DNA of 63,707 bases, counting the filler, from Folioceros fuciformis (Eukaryota): assembly GCA_049999805.1 (NCBI GenBank). It is 7 parts of 7 records of this genome, joined end to end, with 100 filler letters (N's around TTAATTAATTAA, not from the genome) between each part and the next. Parts side by side here need not be neighbours in the genome. Positions count along the whole stretch, not along the records: positions 41,641 to 54,081 come from JBNGIO010003561.1; positions 54,182 to 63,707 come from JBNGIO010003562.1; 5 more parts are not named here. One strand, written 5' to 3'. Shown piece by piece: positions 49,301 through 60,613 of this stretch. The position numbers and the translations under genes are program-made. The notes below the pieces were generated by a model. That model ran no database searches and was not told where the DNA came from. It saw only the letters and a program-made list of their open reading frames with translations. Each line of letters starts with the position of its first letter. Position 1 is the stretch's first letter.

Positions 49301-52300
49301 AATAAATTCCCACACAGGAGGGCTTTAAGAACAAACACAAAAGATGTCTAAAACGCTGCAGTACAAGAACATACCTGCTGATTGGAACACGCTTCCCCAC
49401 ATGGACAGTAATCTGGATGACACTCAACAAGTAACATTCGATTCAGGCAGTCTTCATCACAACCTGGCCCACCATCAGAGGGCGGCCTGCAATTACAGAG
49501 GACAATCTGCACAACCAACACATCACAACCCTTAGCAACCACTAGAGGAGTGCAAGTTGCCAGGCAAGGGCAGTGCAGACCACGTTCTCATACCTCATCC
49601 GGATCTAGTTTTTTTCTTGCCCGATGACGATAGATGTTGCATGGAACCCGTGACCATACAGCTGGGCGGACTTCTGGAGGCATATATGAAAGTGGACAGC
49701 GCAGTACATCAGTTCAAAAGAGAAAACAAAACCCCCTAGTGTCAAGGTGCGAAACACCAAATACAACCGGGACAACATTCCTTGACTGACGAAGTCACAC
49801 AGCAGTGTTGAAGAGAGTGTAAACCTTGTTGGCCCGAGTCATCCCCATCCTTGTCATTATCCTCTTCGCCTGCAGATTCGTCTGAAATGTCGAGTTCCGC
49901 ATTGATCTCTGCATTTGATTTCTCTTGAGGTATAGAGCAATCAGCAAAGTCTGTATTTGGGTTCTCTTTACAGGTCCTGCAACATGTCACAAGAAGCGTA
50001 AGTTCAACTTCACAGGCGTGACACCATTCCCAACCAAATCCGACATCATCCTAACCACTGGTCCCGAGGGGGAAGAATTATTCTTACCAGGTGCGTCCGG
50101 TTGCCTCAATCTGCTCTATCAGATCTGCTGGCACGCACCTCCACTTTTGGCAAGCATCACAGCATACCCACCCGGCTGTGGAGGCCCCAGCCTCTGCCAC
50201 ATCTTGTCCATTTTGGCTTGTCGAACTGCTGTGGGTGTTTGGTTCACCCTCAGTGACTCCACTTGAGAAGTCTTCAAGGAGGGTCGAATCTCCGTCTTTG
50301 ACCCCACCACTTGGTTGGCATTCAAGTTTCACAAGATTAGGCATGCTAGACTGTGGGTCAGAAAGACTACGACGGTCTCCACGAGAGGAGAGCGAGACTT
50401 GTTTGTCTTCTCGTCCTTCGAGTCCAACTTCCTCCTTACCATTAGTTCTCACCCACTCCATGGCTGTAGCTAAGGAAACCTCAGGCTCCACCGTGTCATC
50501 AGCTCTCACCATCCTGTCGGAATTGTTACACGGCAAGGTGGCATTCATGCCTGAGGTGTGCTTCACTGATACTTGCATGCCGTCACACCCATCCTCCGAC
50601 TTTCTCTTCTCCTTCTTGAGGTGCTTGCCAGAGGACTTTATGGTCGCCTTCTTTGGACTGGCAGCTTTGGTTTTCCCCACCACACTCGACCCCGTCTTTC
50701 TTCTCTTACCTGCTCTGCTATCTTCCCCTAAGGAGGCCCCTCCTGCAGCAGTCTGTGATGTATCCAACTTCCCAGAATCAAGCTTGAAGACTTTACTTTC
50801 ACGAGAGATCGGAATGTCCGAAGCCAAACCTGATGGGTCTGAGACTCTAGAGCGCTTCTTCTTCCCTGAGTTCTTCACAATTGGAGTGGTCGTCTTAGTA
50901 CCTCCATCCGCTTTTTTTCCCTGCTTCTTCTGTTTGTTTGGACTCTTTGATGGCTTTCCGTTCTCAGCAGCCTGCCCGCCAGCCGCCCCTCCTGACCCCT
51001 TATTGAGATCAGAATTACTTCTCCTTGGCCTCAGAGTTCGTAAATCCCGACCCAACAAGGATGACATCATCTCTGGGCTATTACGAAGATCCTCAGATGA
51101 GGTCTCAGCCTCACCAAGGATTTTTTCACTTGAACTGCGCTCTATCAATTCCAGATTCGCACGCCCATCAAACTCATCGACAGCCCCCTTCTGCTTCTCC
51201 AGTCCTCCGCTGTCTTTGAAATGGTCGCCCGGCCCTTCCCACAAACCGTTAACAATCTTCGTCCCCGAATCTTTAATCTCACCAATAGCGTGGACCTCAG
51301 CGAGGGTAAAGCTAGTATCTACATGGTCACTAGAAACCCCTGAAAGTTGTTTCTTAAAATCGCCTGACGACTTGTCTAGAACCCCTGAGCCAAACCTGGC
51401 GAGCTCTGGCGGGTGACGTCCGCCCGTAACAAATTCCTGCCCAGAACTAGCCATAGTTTCTCTTGAATCATCATAATCAACCTGCGGTGAGCCAATACGT
51501 CGGGGTAAACTATCATCAAGGGGTGGGTGGCCATTCGGCAGGAACGAGGAATCAGCTCTTGGCAACGGCTGAGAGGCTGCATCCATTTCCTGCCCTACGA
51601 CCTTGCTCCTTTGCCGTGGTGTCCTTCGTTTCACTGCAGCAGACTGAAAGCCAGTACCAATATCATCACCAGCGGGTAGCTTCAAAGGTTGGACAGCCTT
51701 CTTTCCACGACCCTTGGGAGTGGACAATTTGCCAACCTGCTTGGCACCCTTCTTGGCCAGAGACTCCTGAGCCTTTGTGGTTTTGCGGGTTGCAGTACGC
51801 CCAGCAGATTTCTTCTTGCCCACGGTAACAAGCCCAGGCCCGGTGCCTTCATTCCGCGGGCACCCCTCCTCCTTATCCTCTGCAAAGTTTCCTGCTGCCC
51901 CCGCAGGTTCCCCATTGACAGGGCAATCCAGAGAAGTGCTCCATCCAAGACGCCCACCCCTGCCAGCGCTTCGCTTCCCAGTCCTCTTCCCCGAAGGCTC
52001 TTTAGCGTCGGAGGTGCTGGCCCCCGCAGTCTCCAATTTATCGCCCTCGTCCGCCTTCTGAGAGAAATCCAGAATTACCACGGATTCTCCGCTGGCGTTC
52101 TTCTGAGGCACGTACCTGCCACCTGCGTTGCTACGAGTGAGGCGCCTAGGACCAGCGACATCCCCGGCAGCGAACCCGTGCAACGTCGAGAAGAGCCCAC
52201 CTGACGCATCAGCACCAGCAACGGCTGCTGACAACAGAGCATCAGCCTCCCTCCGCACTCGCGGTCCTTTCCTGATTTTCACTCTATCTCCGCTACCCTC

Positions 52301-52670
52301 CCCCGAAGGTAACGGGACCTGCGCGCCAGCTTCCATCCTCCCGTTCTCTATCCTATCCGCTGCTTCATGGCAGGCAGAAGCGGTCCCGGGCAATCGCGCA
52401 TCAGCGCGATCACCTTGCCCACCCAGGATATCCTCCCCGCTGCCCTCGTCCTGCGACCTGCTTGCGGTTGCTAAAATGGATTTTCCTCCTTCTCCTTCTC
52501 CTTCTCCTCCTATTCCTAGTCCTAGTCCTAGTCCTAGTGCGGCTCCCCCCTCTCTAGTCCCAGAACTGCCCGACGTAGCCAACCCAAGAACGGCGTCACC
52601 TGCGTCGCGAGACACACCACAGCCAACCAGGCCCCGGACGGCCTCAAACCCTGCTGTTCCAGCAACATCC

Positions 52671-52705
<35 letters not shown>

Positions 52706-53257
52706 GAATTCCCTGCACAGCCTGCTCACTGGAGAAGCGTTCTTCCCGCACATGTCCACTAAAACAGGATAGCTGCTGGGATCGAAAGCGTCCAACAACG
52801 ATCCACCATCGTCCCGGATTTCATGATAAGCAGAAACTGCACGGGGCTGTCTCACGTTAGAGGGCGGAGTCCTGGGGTGCTCTCGGAAACGGAAGGGCTC
52901 GGAGGCATAGCGGTCGAAGGCCGCTCCCGGAGCTGCTCCATTACTGCCGGCACGGAAGTCCTCGGCAGCACCAGCATCATGGTCCGGCCCGGAGGCAGCC
53001 TCCTCCCCGTCCTGCTCTCCGTCTAAGTCCCCGCTGGATCCCTCGCCGGTCTCTCCAAAACCCTGAAACTCCTGCTCCACCTCCTCCTCTTGATCATCGC
53101 CGCCGCTCTCGTCTGCGGAGTCCAGGACCTTGAAGAGGGTATCCACGCTGCTGGAGGTGTCGTCATCCTTGGTAGTCCCCTGGTAGGCGCCATCGTCGTC
53201 GGCATTGTCGTCGGACTGATCCCCGCGCTCGGGCCCGTCGTCCATAGGGTCATCCAT
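43311..53257 (-). CDS. ASHH2: Histone H3K36 methyltransferase of the ASHH2/SDG8/EFS type (CW, AWS, SET, post-SET and an SRI-like C-terminus)
   Basis: CW domain [14 protein letters not shown]...[93 protein letters not shown] and [10 protein letters not shown]; post-[16 protein letters not shown]. The start is set at the first in-frame ATG (53257); stop at 43311-43313. Confidence 0.9.
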
Positions 53258-54867
53258 CACTTCAGACCCGGAGCGCACAGCAGGCACGCATCACTCATGT
53301 CTCCTCTCGCATCGCATGTATCAGCCAATTCCGCGCCGCGGCCAGCACACATGCCCACTACCTTCTGGAACTGTCAATCTTCGCCTCCGCCTCCACCTGC
53401 GCCTGGTGCATCCCGCTTCTGCCAAGCTGCGCAGAAATGTAAAACGTAAGCATGCCCGCAGCCAGTCGCGGAAGCAGGTGCACCAGCGTAGGATGCGTCG
53501 CCCCAGGAGCTACCAATCGAGCCGCTGAATCGTGGAGGCATACGCCAACGCAAACGCAAGCTCCTCTCAGCATGCTAACTTGCTTTCTATCTTGTTCCTA
53601 CGCTATGTACTTCACATAGCTGCTATAAATTTAGGGCAGCCTTGTGATTAGGTACCCAACACCTAGGTACCCAGATAGGGAGCTACTGTCCTCTCTTAAT
53701 CATTGCCTTCTCCATTTTGTTCTCGGACCTGTAGTATCACCTAAAATGTGTTTACTCCGTCTCTTACAAGTACTGTACATACCTAGTAGATATTATAAAA
53801 ATCTTATAATAGACTAAGACCTATTAATTTTAAAACTTAATAAATTAAAATTAAAATTAAATTATTTTATATATATATATTATTATTATTTTATATCTAA
53901 GATTTTTACTCTATTTAAAATAATTAATTATAATTTATGTATAAAAAATCTCTATATTTCAAGAATTATGATAAAAACTATATTTTATATTTTATACCTA
54001 AAGTCATCTATGGTGTCATAGTCTTTCCTTGTGTCTTTCATTCTGCCTTTCATTGTGTCCTAGATATGGAGAGATATTAGANNNNNNNNNNNNNNNNNNN
54101 NNNNNNNNNNNNNNNNNNNNNNNNNTTAATTAATTAANNNNNNNNNNNNNNNNNNNNNNNNNNNNNNNNNNNNNNNNNNNNTAAGAGACAGGTGCTGGAA
54201 TGCACGCCATGGCCTCGCCCGCTGCTGGCCGGGTTTGACTCACCGGAGGAGCGGGGGAAAAAGTCCGCCTGGCATTGCTCGTGTCATGCGCAGTCGGAAG
54301 CTCATGATTGCCACGCATTTACTCGGACATCAACGTAAGGACGCTAGGGAGCAATTTGTGGACGCGGATAGCAGGACCAAAGAAGTTGAGGAAGTTGGGC
54401 ATTGACGAGATTTCCTTCCGCCCTGCCCTGGTATGTGCGCCTTGCTTGTCGGGAACGGAGGCTGTGTCTTGGTGCTGGGCTAGTGCGCTGACGGGCTGCG
54501 CCTCGGCCGACCGACACCTACGGCCGAAGCCACCACCACGGCCAGGGCAAAAGGAAGGGCCAGGGCCAGGGCGACGGCCAAGGCCAAGGCCGAGGCCGAG
54601 GAGGGGAAATATCCCTGGGGGAGGGTTTTTCCTGCCTTCGGGTCTGCTTGCCCTCCTGCGTTGGTGCTGCGCGGAGAGTGTGGACGGGTCCGAATGTGGC
54701 CCTCTGTACATATACATGTTAGACGCAGGCATTGGTGTAATAGTAGCTAGGAGGCAGAGGTCAGATCTGTAAGCCTCCTACTTTTTACCTCGTAGGAGAA
54801 GGTGGAGTAGTGGGTGACGCCCGCAAGAACGTCGCGTTTCCGCCACCCGGACACATCCATTCCAATT

Positions 54868-56564
54868 ATGCAGGCCAGAGAAAGCCAGGACCCCTCTGCC
54901 ACGGAGTCGGGGGGCGTGCCTGGACCTTGGGTTGGGCCGTCCATTTCCCAGGTGTCTCAGGCTGCTGTTGATAAGCAGCTGTTTGGGCAGCCGGGTAATG
55001 TTGCCGTTGCTGAGAGGCCTACTGTTCTGCCTCCCTTCCCTCACTTGATGCACATCTCGGACGGACAGCCGGGACAGGTCCCAGCGGAGGGCCACCCTAT
55101 CGGCCAGTCAAGGCTCCCCGCAATGCCTCCTCAGCCTGGTATGCTCTTCTTGCCCGTCTCCTCCTATGTTTGCCAGGGCCTCACGGTTTGTCTCCTCAGG
55201 GTCATGTCCATTGCAGCAAATGCTCTCTCTTCTGCTGTTGAGCTCATGTGTCAGTGTTGTAGGTATTCCCAAAACGTCTTCGGATGCTCCGTGTCACTCA
55301 AATGTGGTCCTTGGTTGGCTGTGCGTGCCTCTTGTCATGTCCAGGTTATGAAAGTAGTGGCACTGAGGATCAACAGGGTCAGCCTCCGCAAGCCCCCCAA
55401 GCCGTCCTCCCGCCTCCTGGAGAGTACCTTCTTCCACACACGCAGCTGGAGCTGGGCATGGTAGGGCTCTCCTCTGCATTTAATCATTGTGTCTCTTCAT
55501 TTGTCCTCTTTTGTTTCCTTCAGTCTCGTATGTTGCTGTTTTGATTATAACTTCACCTTCTAGTGTGTTGCCGTAAATTTTGTCACCCTGACCTGACGGG
55601 ACTTGTGGGCTTGCAGGCTCGAGCTGCTGCTGCTTATCCTTACGCTGACCCATATTATGGAGGAATTGTCGCAACATATGGGGCCCAGGCCGTGGTGAGC
55701 CATTCTGTCTGTGCGATCTGGCTACGCCTCTGGTGCCCTGGGTGTTTTGTGAATGACATGTTTTCCGTTCTGTAGCTCAACCCCCTGCCCTCTGGTTTGT
55801 TCACAGATACACCCGCATGTGCTTGGAATGCAACAAGCACGGATGCCTCTGCCATCAGAGATGATGGAGGAAGAGCCTGTCTACGTCAATGCCAAGCAGT
55901 ATCATGGTATTCTTCGTCGTCGGCAGTCCCGGGCGAAGGCTGAATCTGAGAACAAACTGATCAAAGCTCGTAAGGTGAGACATGATGCTCTCATGGAGGA
56001 GGTTCTGCCAAGTAAATATGGGGTCTCTTGAGATATGCGTCTAGAAGGTTTGCAGTTTGCATTTGCCCTCCCATGTGGCTGAAAGGCTTCCCGTTTCCTC
56101 CTCAGCCTTATCTGCACGAGTCAAGACACCAACATGCCTTGAGAAGAGCGAGGGGATGTGGTGGGCGTTTTCTCAACACTAAGGCGAAGGAAGAAATGAA
56201 AGCAAACGGAGACCATCATCGGTCATCTGATGGACAGTCTTCCCATGGCCGCAACCATGGTTCGGATTCGCTTGCCTCCCCTTCAGGCCAGGGATTGTCG
56301 AGTTCAGCGCAGGAATCAGCTGTTCTGTCTGGCCAAGCTCTTGCCCAGATGGGTGGTGGAGGATACCATGCTATTCTCCCTAACGGTGGCCATGCTGGGA
56401 TGACATCGAGTCTGTCTGCAGGTGGATATCTCAATCATCATCAGAGCCAGATGTATCACCCCTCTACTTTTCACCCACTCACGGCTGGGAGTGATCCGGA
56501 TGGGGGCCAAAATGGGAGCATGGTGTCGGGCGGATCACAACAAACAGTTGTCGCCACACAATGA
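54868..56564 (+). CDS. NF-YA: Nuclear transcription factor Y subunit A (CCAAT-binding factor B), 5 coding exons
   Basis: Contains [37 protein letters not shown] and [27 protein letters not shown], with GT-AG introns. Confidence 0.95.
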
Positions 56565-57835
56565 AGGTGCAACCAACCTAGTCGTGATGCCTTTGCCAAC
56601 AGTGTCCAGTGTGGTTATCTTCTGCCATCCAGTTGCCCAATGCCTTTCACGAACTGGGGGTGGGTCTGTGACTCGCAACACTTTGACTAGTTCAAGATCT
56701 TGCTGCCGCTGCTGATGACCAGAGCAGCCTCCCGTGCTGCCCATCAGTATGAGAATATGTGACTGCCTGCTGGTGCTCATGCACCCAATTGTCATCCGTT
56801 GCCGATGTGCTACAGTGTGTCTGGGAAGAGAACTCATGGATGATCCATGAAGAAACCTGCCAGTGGCGAAAGTTTTGGTTGCCTGTGCAAGCGACTCATC
56901 TGGCGGAGAAGCAGAGAGCCTGGGTGACGTGAGACTGGGCTGAACTCGCTGCTTGGGCTCAGCTTTACAGCTTGTGAAGATTTGTCGAAAGTTATCCATG
57001 TGCGTCCGAGTAGTGTGGACCTTGTAGTGCGAGAGTTAGTTATATGTTTAGCTGCGTGGATTGGAATTTGAGATTGCAAGTCGAACAGGAAGCTATTTAG
57101 TTGAGAATTTCAGGTTGTCCGCTACATCTGCAGTAATAGCCAGTAGTCCTTTCCATTGTAAGTATCATCATTGTAGCTTTTTCAAGTGGACATCCAAGTA
57201 TCTAGAAAAGACTCCTCTGGCATGCCTTCCCGTGGATGTAGGAGGTAATATATATTGATGATGCTCTTGCTGGAATTTTCCACGGTTCTACATGTGAGTG
57301 CCTTATTTCATAAATCGTGCGGACAATAAATTAGATCTCCGACACGAACGTCTCAATGTTGGCACTACAAAGTAGCCCATTGGCTCCCACAGCGGTCCAA
57401 GGAGGTCACGCAGCAGATGACACTGAATAGGTGGTGCCCATAAGATCGGAAGGTGACTTGAATTTTTCAGGCACACATCAACTCCAGGCGTCGCCGACCT
57501 GCGCGAATTTGCTAAATGTACAAGATGAATTACCCACGAGAGNNNNNNNNNNNNNNNNNNNNNNNNNNNNNNNNNNNNNNNNNNNNNNNNNNNNNNNNNN
57601 NNNNNNNNNNNNNNNNNNNNNNNNNNNNNNNNNNNNNNNNNNCTCTTATGTCGTTCCACGCAGTTTGTACTCTTCAGCGGCATGGATTTCTTTAAGGAAG
57701 TCGAGCTTAAGGGCTTCCGCCCCCATCACTGTTGACGTCCTGTGGCGGTAGAGGAAGCACGTACACATGGGCAGTGCATTCCAATTCGTGGTGCAGTGAA
57801 TGAATCCCAAGGAAGCTCTGTCACAGTCAAACCTC

Positions 57836-59899
57836 CTAGTGCTGGACCCCGGAGCCAACGAGAGCTTCTGCCGAGTTTTCTTGCAGATGACTGGATTCCA
57901 TTTCATCGAATGGAAAACCAAGAGTATTACACTCTGGTGTAGAGTCCCAGGCAGTGAAATCTGCTCGCTGGCGATTTAGCTCCATCCTACTCCGAAGTCG
58001 CAGATTGCTGTGAACAAGAACTAGATCTTTGGTTATGGTGTCCTTGGGCCTGCTCCTCTTCTTGGACAATATAAAATCATACGATTTCCAGTTTCGCTCA
58101 AAAGGCGAGGCAGTAGTTGGCTGTCCCAAGATCCGCAGAGCAAGTACAGTTAGCTCTGGCGTTCCGGTCCCATAGTCCTGCCACCACTTGTGAGGTGTGA
58201 GCTTCGTACGATTCCACTGGGCTTCTTCCTGCCCAAAACTTCCCATCTTCTGATGATAGTACTTAAGCTGCTCCATGAGATTCCTTAACTCCACCTCCTT
58301 GTTCGACAACGGACTTATCATCTTCTCTAGAACCTCTGCACAACCAGTTGCCAGATCCCCCCCTTCCATTTCCTGATCTATGACTCCCTGAAACTCTGGA
58401 TCTAAAAAGTAGGCCGCAGAATGCAGGGGAGCATGCAGTTGACTCCATCTAGCTTTGCACAAATCTCTAATCTCGGCTGTCTTCCATTCACTCACAGTAG
58501 GTGTTTGTCGCAGAGAAGACACAATCCTGTCAATTGCGGAATCCATGCGTCTGTATATCTTCCCAATCATACAGTGTTGAAGATCTGACTCCAACATCCG
58601 CAGCAACTCCAAAAGTGGGTTGCTTATCTTCAAAATAAGCTCAACCTGCTCCCACAGTTCTGTCCCTAACAATGTCAGCTCAACGTCCTTTCCCGGCCCT
58701 AACCTGGCTTCAGGCCATGCCACCCACTCATCACTGACCACAGTTTGCCTGAGGGGATTTTTCACTTCAGCCAGCATCTGCAGTGTCGTGAAATCCTTGG
58801 CATACTCTGCGACTTGCCCAGCCCGTAGCAAAGACTCCAGATTAGAATACTTCCTAAACAGATCTAATTGAAAAGAGCCAGTAATTGAGAAGAACTTGGC
58901 AATCTGCAGCGCCCGGCCAAGGATCTGCTGAACCCATTCCAGCCTGCTGATATCCTCCAGCAGCAAATTTAAGCATTGTGCAGTGCATGGAGTCCAGAAA
59001 ATAGAAGGAAACTCTTCATGAATAGTGGCAGCAGCAAGCTTGCAGCTCGGGGAAAAGTCGGTGATGAGCTGAACGACATGGCTGGGACCCAGCTTGTATA
59101 TGACCTTCTTGAGCTTCTCAGCTACAAACTCAGCAGATTTATTCTCGCCTAACGTGTCAATGGCTTTGCAAAACGTGGTCCCATGCAAACCGCTCACCAT
59201 CACGTTCACCAGAGGACTCTTCTCAACCTCTGTCCACCCAAAACTTACGAGAGTACACCCCCACCTAGCCCACGTCTCCGCAGCAGCCTTTTGCTCCACT
59301 GCAATTCTTGCCATCTCATCCTGTAGATAGTCCTTTCGGAACTTGCTCGGGCTGGGTGGCTTGTAATTCGGGTTTCCCAGAGCAGACATTGCAGCCAAGA
59401 CTTCTGCAAAATACGGCGAATTGGCTGCATCGAAGGGCAAGCCATTGGCGTAGAACCACCTTGCGATTTTCCTGTCCAAATCCTCCTGCTTTGGTGTGCT
59501 TACATATTGGAATGTTCTCTCCGGAGCCCAAACCTCCATCAAGTTGCTTTTCTTGGGAGCTGCTAGCAAAGGCATAATGGGGACGTTCTCCTCCTTGGGC
59601 ACCACCACAATCGAGCTGGGCCCCCTCCTGCAAGTCTTCTTTGCTTCTTTCTTGTTCGCATCATCATGGCTCCTCGCAAGCTCTTCAGCTTTGATCGTCT
59701 CCCGCACCTTGTCAGGACAATCAGGACAGGGCCTCACCCCGTGGCCTCCTCCCCCGAGAAGGTGGCTACGAGCTCTCTGCAAAGTAGCAGAGAAGCGCAG
59801 ATGGCAGAACTTGCAAATCACCTTCTTCACCCCGCTGCCCTCCGTGTAGCGCCCGACCTCATCGAAGTGCTGCCACGCCGAGTCCGCTACCCGAGGCAT
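57836..59899 (-). CDS. hAT transposase-derived protein (BED zinc finger, DUF659/RNase H-like, hATC dimerization), intronless, probably domesticated
   Basis: Intact 687-aa ORF with AWQHF..VICKFC..RARSHLLG..VRPC, IARWFYANGLPF, WTPCTAQCLNLLLEDI, LHAPLHSAAYFLDPEF and WWQDYGTGTPELTVLALRILGQPTTASPFERNW. Confidence 0.88.
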   Translation of the reverse strand: MPRVADSAWQHFDEVGRYTEGSGVKKVICKFCHLRFSATLQRARSHLLGGGGHGVRPCPDCPDKVRETIKAEELARSHDDANKKEAKKTCRRGPSSIVVVPKEENVPIMPLLAAPKKSNLMEVWAPERTFQYVSTPKQEDLDRKIARWFYANGLPFDAANSPYFAEVLAAMSALGNPNYKPPSPSKFRKDYLQDEMARIAVEQKAAAETWARWGCTLVSFGWTEVEKSPLVNVMVSGLHGTTFCKAIDTLGENKSAEFVAEKLKKVIYKLGPSHVVQLITDFSPSCKLAAATIHEEFPSIFWTPCTAQCLNLLLEDISRLEWVQQILGRALQIAKFFSITGSFQLDLFRKYSNLESLLRAGQVAEYAKDFTTLQMLAEVKNPLRQTVVSDEWVAWPEARLGPGKDVELTLLGTELWEQVELILKISNPLLELLRMLESDLQHCMIGKIYRRMDSAIDRIVSSLRQTPTVSEWKTAEIRDLCKARWSQLHAPLHSAAYFLDPEFQGVIDQEMEGGDLATGCAEVLEKMISPLSNKEVELRNLMEQLKYYHQKMGSFGQEEAQWNRTKLTPHKWWQDYGTGTPELTVLALRILGQPTTASPFERNWKSYDFILSKKRSRPKDTITKDLVLVHSNLRLRSRMELNRQRADFTAWDSTPECNTLGFPFDEMESSHLQENSAEALVGSGVQH

Positions 59900-60613
59900 C
59901 GAGGAAACTAGTCAAAACACCGCTAATCTGCTCCACAACAGACAGCTCACACCAGCACACAATTGCTGCTGGAATCGATCGCAAAGCATGCCGAATCAGC
60001 TTTCTGACTTCCCCTTCACCCGCAAAATGTCACAGGTGTGTCAAATATGCGGGCCTGACAAGCAAATCATTGCCAACAGTCGGTTTGCGCTTCGTGCACT
60101 CATAACCTAATTCCATGTATCCACTTGTGCGTTGCCATCTTCAGTTCCCCAGCCAGACTGCTACTGCCTCCCATTCCCTGGAGCCTGGTCAACTGTGTTT
60201 CACAAAATTCCCGCAGGAGAACTTGACGAATCACTCCACACTCTTATGCGAAGAGAGCTAAGGCCACACCAAGAAACTCCTGTTCCGCCATAAGTCAAGG
60301 TCACAACTCCACACGACTGTGCATCCACAGAGCTAAACACTCTACAACTGCTATTGTGATCTCGTCTGTGTTCGTCACCATCACTCACTCGCTCACAAGC
60401 CCAACTGCGAGACCTTGACCAGCAGCGGGTGAACATAAGCAGACAAGTAACCTCACTAACTTTCGTCACATTTACGAGTTTAGGACCTCAATAGCTCACA
60501 CTTAAGAAATATTAATCGTTAAAGAGCTCAGCTTCCGAGAGCACTGCATATTGCTATTGCCGGCCACCGCACCGAACAGCTGGATCTGAACGAGCGAAGA
60601 GAGGTGGGGCAGG

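Noticed and set aside
50091-51416. 441-aa plus-strand ORF, and similar antisense ORFs over PDAT, the hAT gene and TMCO4
   Set aside because: These are antisense shadows of long coding exons, with no recognisable motifs.
53780-54000. Extremely AT-rich stretch upstream of ASHH2
   Set aside because: No terminal repeats or coding signal could be defined and it is next to a gap; it may be a MITE remnant but this is not supportable.
16805-54137. Six copies of the palindromic TTAATTAATTAA
   Set aside because: Each is centred in an N block (44 N on each side) and stops all six frames, so it is an artificial scaffolding spacer. It also makes adjacency across these joins uncertain.
56785-56803. Possible miR169 site in the NF-YA 3' UTR (AATTGTCATCCGTTGCCG)
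   Set aside because: It has about 8 mismatches to the miR169 complement, too many for a plant miRNA target.
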